A stretch of DNA of 63,313 bases, filler included, from Reclinomonas americana ATCC 50394 (lineage: Eukaryota): assembly GCA_048213135.1 (NCBI GenBank). It is 13 parts of 13 records of this genome, joined end to end, with 100 filler letters (N's around TTAATTAATTAA, not from the genome) between each part and the next. Parts side by side here need not be neighbours in the genome. Positions count along the whole stretch, not along the records: positions 1 to 17,878 come from AFZH01020981.1; 12 more parts are not named here. One strand, given 5' to 3'. Every line of letters starts with the position of its first letter. The first letter of the stretch is position 1. Positions 1 to 10,938 of this stretch are shown one piece after another. The translations under genes were made by a program, and so were the position numbers. The notes under the pieces are model-generated. The model had not been told where the DNA came from and searched no databases. It saw only the letters and a list, made by a program, of their open reading frames with translations.

Positions 1-222
1 ACCCAGTAGCAGATGGAGCACTCTCATCCTCGCTGCGCAAATACAAACCGTGGTGCTGAGCAGGGGGTGTGAGGTGGACATCCCAGTCACAATACGAACT
101 GACCTGCTGCGAGGACTTGTCTGGTGCTCAGCATCCTTCGTTGATGCACGCGTTCGCGGCCGCAGCAGTGACAGGTACTGTATCTGTGCACACCGGTGCC
201 GTCAGCCAAGTGCAGCGAAGAA
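1..222 (-). ncRNA. Candidate omegaRNA (Fanzor guide scaffold), possibly truncated by the window edge
   Basis: Lies immediately 3' of the nuclease stop codon. Perfect 9-bp inverted repeat TGCTGAGCA (54-62)/TGCTCAGCA (125-133) encloses nested GACA-TCC/GGA-TGTC and CAGT/ACTG pairings, with additional short hairpins at 131-147 and 166-180. Position and structure only. Confidence 0.3.
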
Positions 223-1620
223 TCACTGGAACAGTTTCCCCGCACTGCTACTGACCTCTCCCGTATTCCTCCTCTTGGTGTGCGGCTGGTAGTTGCCTTC
301 CGAGTCTGAATCCGAGCCCTTCTCTGATGCTGATGACTCAGAGTCCGATGCGGATTCCGACGACAGAGGACGCTCACGCTTCCTCCCTCCAACGGTCTTG
401 CCACCCTTCTTGCCACCCTTCTTGCCACCCTTCTTGCCCACTGCGCCACCCTTCTTGCCACGACCACCCTTCTTGCCGCCCTTGTCGGCAGCATCGTCCT
501 TCTCCTCGTCCACCAGGCGCGACGCATTCGCCGCCCTCAGTTGATTCAGCGCAGTGACCCACGAAGCGCTTCTGTCCCGATGAACGGGCTTGTTGTGCAA
601 TGTGCACTGGTCATTGCTGCAGTAGAGTACCTTGTCCGGGCCAGCGGTACGCCACGTGCCGCATTCTACGCAAAATCCAGTCGAGCCAGCTTCGTCCAGC
701 TCCGTCCGCTGCCACTGAGCAAAGGCTGCGTCCGTTTCTGTGCACACTCTTGCCTTGGCTTCCTGCAAGTGATCCAGGATAAGAAATAGTAAGCCCACAC
801 GCACAATATGTTCCACTCGGTCAGCAAGGAGACGGAGACACACCACTGACTGTGCATCTCGTCGTTCGTCGCCGAACCCCGACTTCTGCAGTTTCACCAT
901 GTTGTCGAGACCGAGCACTCGCTGCCGTCGAACAAGTTTGCCATCACGGCCAGTGACGAATCGATGTCGCTGCGACAAGTCTGGGATCGCTGCTGCCAAG
1001 TTGGGATCCGCGACAGCAGCGTGGACGACCACCACCCTGCATTTACATGCACGCACATATATACACAGCGTGTCAGTTCCGGATCCTGCACGCAGACAAC
1101 ATGATGCAGATGGCATAACTGATCCACAAAGTTGCGTGCGTTGTTGTAGCGCAATGCTCTCAATTGGCGAGCAACATTAGCCAGTTGACGCTCATAATTC
1201 GTACGCACATGCTCGTCAACAAGACCACCGAAACCTGCAAGAACACGCCGCAGTCGAGCTTGTTTTCGCAGCAACGGAAGAATGCGCTTCTCGGCGAGTT
1301 CGTTGCCGAAGTCAAAAGCCTCCCACTCCTCGTCAGCCCCTGCATGCAGAGCGGTGGTGAGGGCATGAGTATAGGTGAGCAGAGTCCATAACACAGCACG
1401 TTGTAAGAGACGCTGAAAGAAAGAAAGTGGGAAAGATTATAGCAACACTGACAGAAGAAACTGGCCATGGTGACCGGGAACTACTGAAGATCTGGAAAAC
1501 AGAAGACAGAGAGTGCACCTGCTGTGCAACATAACACATGTGTGTAATTGATTAAACTCACCAGCGGTTGCGACCGTGAGCCAACACCTGATTCCCTTAT
1601 CGACGCCACAGACACACCTT
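223..1620 (-). CDS. Fanzor/TnpB RuvC + zinc-finger nuclease module (last three exons of the giant gene)
   Basis: RuvC-I VCGVDKGIRCWLTV (D codon 1601-1599); intron 1561-1340; AFDFGNELAEKRILPLLRKQARLRR...LRYNNARNFVDQ (bridge-helix/REC2-like, cf. Fanzor2 NLVDELH); intron 1119-1037; AAAIPDL...RRQRVLG...; Fanzor-type RuvC-II ELDEAGSTGFCVECG (E codon 693-691 just before CxxC); LYCSNDQC; RuvC-III VHRDRSASW (D codon 576-574); then a basic/acidic tail. Confidence 0.88.
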
Positions 1621-4600
1621 GAGCTGTCTGTCGACTTCCACACACCACAGGCTTTCTCCACTCGCGTGTGCCTTGCGCGGCATATAGCCACGTTTAACCC
1701 ACAGATCATGCAGTCGGAATCGGAGAACACGCTCATCCACGTACGTATACAGCTGAGCCCACACGGCACCGGCGGATCAACTGCCACCGATGCACTTGCT
1801 CCCTTCTCACCACCCTCATCACCACCACTGTCACTGTCGGCATTGTCAGCAACGTTAACCGCACTGGTGCCTGCGGATCGACCACCACCATCAACGTCCA
1901 CGATCATGACATGATCAGCAGTTGCCGAATCCCCTCCACTCGCGCTCCCACTCCCACTCCCAGCATCTCGATCAACAACACCAACCGCAAGAGCGACACC
2001 ACGAAGCCGATCATCACCAACATCGTCACCGTGTACGTGGCCGCCACTGTCATAATCACCAGCACTGCTACCATCGTGCGCATCCGCATGCATGTGGACG
2101 TCACCACCACCACTCCCGTCACCGGTACCAGCATCATCGTCGTCGACACGATACCGATCACCGCCGGCCACCGCGCCGGTATGCGCAGCAGTACCAATAA
2201 TACCACCGGTACCAACAGCGGCATGCTCAACGGCGTCATCGGCGACGCGATTACCACCACCACGGCGTCGACGCCGTCGCCGACGATGACCACGGCGCTG
2301 CGTGTGACCACCACCGCCCGCAAGTGCGAGTGCTGCACGTGACATCTCAGCCCGAATAGAGGGGTGATTCCGCATCCAGAGAATTATGGCGACGACAGCT
2401 CGCCGGGCTAACAGCGACTCTGCCAGACGACAATACCATAATTTTAAACTCATATGTTGCACTCATCAACAAACAGTTGCATATATAGCACACTTATCAG
2501 CGCTGCGTACCGTAGTGCCAGTGACACCGCAAAGCTCCGTAGTAATGTTGGCGCCATGTGAGGTCTTCGATGTCAGCGTCATCTGCAACTGCAATGCGGC
2601 CGTCTGATACAGGCGGACCAGCTGCAGCTGAAGAGGAGGACCCGGGGCCATCACGCGTGCTTGTAGCGGTATGCTGCGCGGTAGCACTCCTTCGATGCGC
2701 ATTTCTGGTCGTCACCAAAAAACGCAGCACTTGCTCCGACTGCATAAAAGCCACATGTTGCAGGGCAGCTGTCACGGTGGCTGGTGATTTTGCGACTGTG
2801 GTGAGAGGAGTGAGTCATGTGAACACGAGTGTGAAGGAATGGAGATCCAGAGAGAGATCGAGAGATCTAGAGAGAGGTTGCCACGCAGACGACTCAAGTG
2901 TTACGTCGCGGACATTATAAAAAGGGAAGTTGATTCACAAAAACAAGAGGAGGGAGAGATAGCAAGCAGCATACTCCGGCCGGAGACCAACTTGCGCAAG
3001 AGCATGATCAGCGAGAACAACTGCTCGTAAATTACAACGAAACAGTTTGCGTACAAATTTGAAAGGAAGCGTAGCACACAGTGAGAGAACGTGACAGAAT
3101 GACAGTCCCGTCAAGATCATGTACAACAAGGTTGATCTTGGCTCAATTACAGACACGAGAATGATGGGTGAGACGAAAAGAACTCCTGATCACAAACAGA
3201 GAGCACCACCACGACGGAACAAATACTGCCACAATACAAGCTCATAGTGAATTCGAAGAGGAGAGAGAACGTCACCCGACATGCGTTGCTCTCTCAGCTA
3301 TCGACACGCACACGCTAATGACCACGTACCATCTGCCATCACTGATGACGACGTGCGCTGCGCCAGCAAGTGCACCGGTCCCTCTCCGGGGTCCGCATCA
3401 CATGTATCCGCCTGTACACGAAGCAAGTCGTGCCTTCCGAACATCAGTGCACAGCAGCGCTCTCCTTGCACCGCATCTGCACTCAGCGCAGTCCCACATT
3501 TAGAAGTGAGAACGGTGTGGTCAATTCACTGCCTTTTTTTACGTGCACGCAACTGTTGGCAATGCGAAACAGCCTGACGCGATCCACGAACAGCTTCAGC
3601 GCAGTCTTCTGTGAAGCAAAGTGTTCCGCCCGCAGCAACAACTCGCTGGAAAACAAGTGCTGCTGTTTGCCTGCAGATGCACTTGCCAGCAGTGCATCCA
3701 GTACAGCATCATCGTTCCCTTCACCGTCGCCACGCAATTGCACCAGCATGTGCGGATGCAGCAGGGCAGCCACTCTGTGAGCATTGCCCACCACGACAGA
3801 TGCACAGGCTAGCCAACCGGCAGGAGGATCCAGCATTTCCATGGCACCGCGTGCGTCGGCAGTCGGCCTGGACTTGGCACGACTGTGCTGCATGTAGCTG
3901 CGCACAAAGTCGCGGCCGATGCTGTCACATGCTGGACCGCGGCCGTCGAGCCACTGCGACGCCTCGTCGGCCAGTGCAAGACAGCTGTCCTCCAATTTCG
4001 ATAGCGCCTCACGTGCTTGAACAGTATGCGCAGCACCATGACCACCACCACCACCACCAGCAGCTGCAGATGCGGAACCCGACGCCTGATCCGCCACAGT
4101 AGCATCTAGATCTGCTGCTGCAGATGCCACAGATCCATCAACAGACGCAGTTGGTGCCTCTGTGCCGGCCATTCTTCGCGCATAATCCAAACGGTCTCGT
4201 GTCCACCGAGAAAACAGATAGTCATACACGGCACGCAGAAACTCAACACGTTCTGCATCTGGTTGTGGACACGACAGCGCCGCCAGCATGTCATCCACTG
4301 CAGGAGTGCTTGCACCAGTGTCCAGTCCTGTAATGTATGCTCGTGCGACCAAGAGGAGCCGACCGTCGATCTCAGCAGGGAGAGGCGGCACAGGCCAAAT
4401 CGTGGTCCCAGCGACGTACCACTTGCAATCGGCGGCGCCACCGATCAAGAAAACCCGCGAATTCACGATCGCCCACACCGTGCAAACATATTCGGGAAGG
4501 CGCCAGTCACCAATCTCTTTCGGCAGTGAGGCCAGTGTCTCCGCGGTGACAGCCGTGCGCACTGTATAGTGTGCACGAGAGAGCCAGCAGTCCATCCACT

Positions 4601-7600
4601 TCCAGTTACTGTTGTGTTCCACAAGTTCATACCGAATCCTCCGATCGCGTCTCTCGAAGAATTCGGGAGGTGCGTACGTCGGCAATGCCGGTGCCGCCGT
4701 GCTCTTGTTCCTGTCATCATAATCTGGTGCATGATGATGTGAGAAGACAGATCTCACGTTGCATGGTTGCGCCACTTGCACTCACCGGTGTAATCAAGTG
4801 CCGTAATTGCGTCGTGTACTGCTCTTTGCAGAGAGAGTGCGATACGCCGTGACACCAGCGCACATGTGCGAAGTACTGTGTCCGGATCCACAGAGTCCGC
4901 TGCTGCTGCTGCAGACGACGCTGCTGTTGTTGTTGTCACATGATGCGTTGGCTCATAATCACTAGTACTTGCTTCGAGCCTCTCGCACAAGCTGCTGGTG
5001 TCGACGATGAACTTGACAACGTCGGCTGGAAACACGCCGCGATGGCCGTTGTCCGCACCTGCAGCTGCGTTGGTCCACAGTTCAAAAACAACAGTGAGCA
5101 TGCCGGCGTGCCACAGAAAAACAACTGCTGATCGTGATTTACATGCAACTCACCATCAACGTCTGCATTCTGAAAGTTTGACCCCACAGTCGCCAGCACA
5201 GCACACTGTATCGCGCGGATGGCTTGCACTAAGTGCACCTTCTCATCGTCATCAATTTCGATAGTCGTGTCATTATCGTCAATGAGAGCGATCCAGAGTC
5301 GTGGAAAGTCGCGAACGAGGAACGATATGAGAGAAAGTGAACCGAAGTTTGAAGAATCACACTCGAACTCCTCCTCCTCATGATCAGCCGCAACGTTGAC
5401 TGTACACCAGTGTGTCAGTGATTATTTGGGGGAGGAGTGTGATTCACTCGCGCCGCTGATATATATACTCACCTCGACCAGAAGCAACGACATCATAATC
5501 AATCCCCGCAGCAGCACTTGCATATGCAGATCTTTCCGAGCCTTCCGATTGACAAGAACTCAAACGTGAGCGCAAGGACAGGCACCATGCATGCACGAAA
5601 CGACATTGCGCACTCTCACCTCCAGCAAACCCATCGTCGTCATCGTCACTGTCTCCGTCAACTTCCATGGTGACACCTGCATTAGGGTGTGCCAGACGGA
5701 TGCGCTTCACCAACGAACGCACAAACGACATGAATCTCTCCAACGCTGCAGGCGACTTCGCAAACGCGCCACCACCATCGCGTGCTGCGCCAGTCGCATC
5801 AGCATCGCGATCGGCACTGTCCTCGGGAGCGCTAGCAACGCTGCCGCCAGTGAATGCGCACCGAGTGCACAAGCCGATGAGCTGCCGACAGTGCAGAGCC
5901 TCCTTCGCCACTGTTATCATTTCGTCGGCCAGGGATCCCAGGCAAAACGCGGCGCGATTGACAGTCTTCTTGTTGGCAGTGGTTATGCTAGTCGTTGCCA
6001 ACCGTGATAGATGCGCCACCAAATCCCTGTCAGTGGACACGCGACGCTGCGGCACTCCACGGCCATCGCCATCGCCATCGCCATCGCCATCGCCATCGCC
6101 ATCGCCATCGCCATCGCCATCGCCATCGATATCGCCATCGCCGGCCGGAGCCGTCACCACCTCCATGCACGGAAGGACGTTCGCGAGAGCAGCCAAACAC
6201 CGAATGGAGAACACGTTGGGGTCCGAATGGGCCATCGTATCGGCGGCACGCATGAGAAGCTGAAAGCAGCCGCCAAGTCGCTCACGGAGCAGCTCGTCGT
6301 ACAAAACAATATTCTTCACACACGTCTCGATCTCCAGTGGTGCGGCTGTCTTGTTGAAAAGGGGCGCCACGCCGTCGCACGCACTGGCACCTGCAGCTGT
6401 GGAGAGTTGCGCCAAAAGATCTACAAACGAGAACTCTTCAGTCAGAACACACAAGATGCATGCTGTACACCACATTCAATTACAACGCACCCGCTGGGAT
6501 GATTCGATGCAAGGGCCGACAGTCAAGAGTGGCATGAAGCACGTGCTCCAGCCGCGAACGTTGATGCTCGTCAATCACAGCAGCAAGGACTGCACCCTCC
6601 ACACCTGCTGCAGCGGCCGACGCTGACGGTGGCAACGGTTCCTGCCGACTCGCGCCGACGCGAAACAGGTGCAGTACCGCGTCAACAAAGCCGGATTTCG
6701 AGAGATGCGTGTCCTTTGCCAAGCGCAGATTCAGAGAGGCTAGTTGCAGCAGCGCGCCGTGGCGATCCTCAGCTGTGCGCTTCAAAGATGCGTCTGAATC
6801 CCGGTAGAGTCTGGCAGACTGAACGCACAGTGCGACCATCTCGGTTTCGGCTGCTCGGAGAGCGCTGTCAGCATTGTGCGCGTATCCCTCCAACGAATCC
6901 AAGTCGCACTGGGCAGAACGCGCCAGGTCGGCAGCCGTTGAACGAGCACATTCTTGCACTTGCGCAGCCGGTGTGATAAGCCGACCCAGTTGTGCAGCAT
7001 GCTCGCATGCCGCTCCAACAAGTCTTGTGTTACGTGCTGCAGGATCCGCACTCGCACTCGCGTGGATGCCATAGGCGACACCGGCTGCCTGGCTGTGTTG
7101 TACGAGACCTCGGGAAACACGCTGTACAGCGATAGTTGACTTGAAGAGCGACTTCATCTGCTTGGTAACTGATACAGCAAAAAGCGTTGAGTCAGCGATA
7201 TTGTAATCACTACAACAAAGTATTATTTACAACAACACATGTACGAGGAGCAGCAAGAAGTACTAACGTGACAAGAAAGTGTGTGTGACAATCACATGCA
7301 ACACACATGTCAACAATGCCAAGACAACAACAACAACAGTGCTGACATGTACAACATGTTAACAGTGACAACAATGACAATGACGACATGTACGACAACA
7401 ACAGCAGCAACAACAATAACAAAAGTGACGACAGCAACAACATCAACAACAGTGAGAACAACAATAGTAACATTTACAACAACAGCAGCATGTACAGCAC
7501 GTACAAGTCTAATATGAACATGCATGCATACAACAACAAGAATCGACATAGCAGAGTCGTTGTGACACAACACAACCACAGAGATACATCCGTAGTGATG

Positions 7601-10600
7601 CACTGTGAAGAACGAGGATCACACTACCCTGCCAACGTGCTCACCTCTGTGAACTGTGGCTCGCACCGAGGATCGCACAGCGGCAAGTACTTGCGCACGA
7701 CGGGCTGCCTCTGCCTCGTCCACCACTTCCTCGTCGCCAGCAGATCGGCCGGCTCCATCACCCATCGGCTCGTCACCTTCGCCGCCGCTCACACTGCGCC
7801 TGTTGCTGAATCCATCTCCAGACTCCATCTCCGACATCCCGTGATCAACATCGGGCATGGGTTCGTCTCCACATCCGTCGTCAACAGCAGCCGCTGTGCG
7901 AGGTCGAGGTGAACCGGTGCCAGCTGCCTCCCCATCGCCGCGAACATGCGCACATGTCCACGACCATTCTCCGGCAGCCCCCAGCACTGCGGTACAGAGT
8001 GCTGCTGCGAGATCCTCGTGTTCGGTGAGGGGCGTTGGGATCGGCATGGTTGTGGATATGCAAGCTGCAACGTGCTTGAGGAACTTCTGCAGCACAGCTT
8101 CCAGTTCCTTTTCCAATGTAGACGTCACGCATTCATCGACGTCTCCAAAGACGCCGATGCGCGCGGTGATGCGTTCCATCAATGCTCTCAGGTGAGAACG
8201 AACTGCTGCCCGTATCTCCCCTCCAGCGAGAATGGTGTTCTGCTCATGTTGGTATCGATCACCAATGTGCTGCGTCGCATCTGCGATACAGACACCACAC
8301 CACCACACAGCAGTGAGACTGATGATATTAACAAGTGTGAGTGTGAGTGCGTTTGTCTGACCATCAACATTATCAGTAGCACCCTCCTCCTCATCCTCCG
8401 AACCCTGCTCCACCGCCTCCTCCTCGCCCTCCTCCGAATCCAGGTCATCTTGCATCCGCAGTTGCCTCGCCTCAATCTCTGCATCCTCCAACTCTGGTGC
8501 GTATGCGCTCTCCAGCAGTACTGCAGCATCAGCCTCGAGTCGCAAATCGTGATCGGCAGCTTCCTCCTGCTCCATGTTTTCGTCACTACCAGTGGCGACG
8601 CCTTCCTGCGGTGCAGGTGCTGCAGCTGATTGTTCCTCGCCGGCCTTATTGGTCATGGTCGGCGGTGTCTTGGTGCGATAGCGAAGAGTCCCAATTGCCG
8701 AAGCTACACGCTCGCGTGAGAACACATGACAATGAGAGTTGGTGGACAAGCGTAGTCGTGTAACTTAATCGTTCCTGAGTGCTGGAAAGTTGAGAAGCGA
8801 GCAGCTCGAGGTAGTCGCCATGTGTGTTGGCATGCACATCTGGTGCACGCACCGCACTTCGCCTGCCACCAATTCTCAGTGCTGTCGTATTCACAACAGT
8901 AGTAGTCGGTGAGAACAACGAGAGAACGTGGCGCACTGTGCAATCACTGCCGCACCATAGACAGTGGTGCAATTGGCGAGGAGCTGGACCATTGCATCGT
9001 GGAACAAACAAGTGACATCAAGCAGGGCAGAGGAAACACGGGCAAGGTGGAGCTGGAATTCGTCGTCATCGACTGCAGCGCGAGCGAGATTCCGGGACTG
9101 TTGAAGTTGAGCGATATCTGTCAAAAGTTTTCTCGAGATTGTCGCACAGGCGTCGGCCAGTCCAAGGTCAGCGCTGTTCGCGTGTTCTGCGCCAAGATCG
9201 TGCGCCGCCAACAGCAGGATTGCGTCGCATATGGCCGAGTCAATGAGGTGCTCGACTTCGTCTGCCACAAGCGAACCACCACCGATCAGTCTGAGACAAC
9301 GTTGACAATACCACATTCTCAGCTGACAGTACCCTCTGCGCTCTTATCCTTCTTGCCCTTCTTGCCCTTTTTGCCGTTTTTGCCCTTCTTGCCCTTCTTG
9401 GCTGCGCTGGCTGTGGACTTCCGCGATCGGGAGTCATCACTCATGGTCTCTGCTCATGAGTAATGACGATGAGAAGGCGAGTGGTAACATGTCGACAGTT
9501 CGTCTCTGCACCAACTGCACCAGTCTCCCACTGCACTACATGCAACTGTCAACGCAGACAACACTTTGGCAATGCACTGCACTACGGGCTGTTATAATAA
9601 TGTTTCTTTGTGTGCAACAGGTACCTAGGCCTGTTATACTGTGATCTCGCTGCGTGTACTCTCTGCAGATCTGCTCTGAACAAGCACTCACCATCTTCAC
9701 GTGAACCTCCGTCGCTCATGACAGTCTCACCAATGCAGTTGGCAGTGGCGTTCACAGTGGAAGAGCTCGGATCTGGTGGACAAAAAACGTTCACAATTAA
9801 CAACTGATCAGCGAGATGAACAGCGTGCCATGGAATAAGTGCTATTGTCGCTCCTCACCAACATGCATCGCCTCCGCATCTACTTGAGATGCTCCAGCAG
9901 CGTCATGATCTGCCACCGGCAACGCTACTGCTTCTTGTTGTTGTTGTTGCGCACGCGTCTCTCGAAATCTTCGTATCAGCTCCCGGACGAACTCCGGCAC
10001 GTCCGTGGCCATGAAAACGCAGGGATTGCCACTGTCAGCAATCGCCACTGCACCAGGCTCGTGCGCCTGTCGGCCTGCAGCTGCCACCTGCTGTTGTGCA
10101 AACTGCACGCAGTGTGCAAGAGCACCCTCTATTGCACGCTGTCCACCAGCATAGAGTGGCTTCTTTTTCTTGTCACTCGAGTTCTGGATGCCGCGATGTT
10201 GCCGGCGCACGAAGAGTCGATTGAGAAAGGCCACCATCTCTCCGGATGTATGAGCCGGAGCAGAGAGGCTTGCGAGGAAAGTCTCCATCATCTACGAGCG
10301 CGCGGAGAGAGACAGATCAGAAATTATTGTTGATCATGATTCAGAATTCCCACCACAGCATCACTCACCTCAATGTCTCTCGACACTTTGTCAAGGTCAC
10401 CCTTCCCAAGTCGCAGGCGAAGTGACGTCGTCCCGCGTGCACGCGCTCTTCTCCGGCTGTCGGCCTCCGGGAGCCTACGGCGACGTCGACAAAGAAGCAC
10501 ACGACCATTATCCACGCCGTGTTTTTCCTGCCGGACGACACTTCGCGTGCGCTTGTGCACGACAGGAATGGAGATGTTGGTAAGCCCGCACGTGTACTGC

Positions 10601-10845
10601 CTCAGTCCGCTGAGACGTGCGTGAGTGATTCTGCGCAATGAAAAAATGGGAGGCAAAGGAAAAGAAGAGTGAGTGAGAGAGCAGGTGTTCGACTGTGCGA
10701 TATGCAAACAGGCCGCGCGCTGCACCTTGCTCTGCCCGAAACACTGTCATGCTCGAAAAAAAGGCGCACATGGTGCTTCTTGTTGGTGGCAAGAATCGAA
10801 GCCACAGATTCATCACCCACAATCTCCAAGGGGCCGATTTGTATG

Positions 10846-10938
<93 letters not shown>

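Noticed and set aside
763..850. Intron at CA|GTCAGT...TTGCAG inside the RuvC exon
   Set aside because: That donor/acceptor pair shifts the frame away from the catalytic E and D. The region is open in frame, so it was left as exon, although an in-frame intron from a nearby donor remains possible.
3290..3360. AHVVISDGRWYVVISV resembling the TnpB pre-RuvC WY strand
   Set aside because: It is in a different frame from the phase-compatible exon 3476-3330, runs through the G|GTACGT donor, and has a stop shortly upstream.
7210..7912. Poly-Asn, poly-Leu and poly-Val ORFs (7388..7912 +, 7210..7473 -, 7310..7603 -)
   Set aside because: Products of a CAA-rich intron and antisense overlap with an exon of the giant gene.
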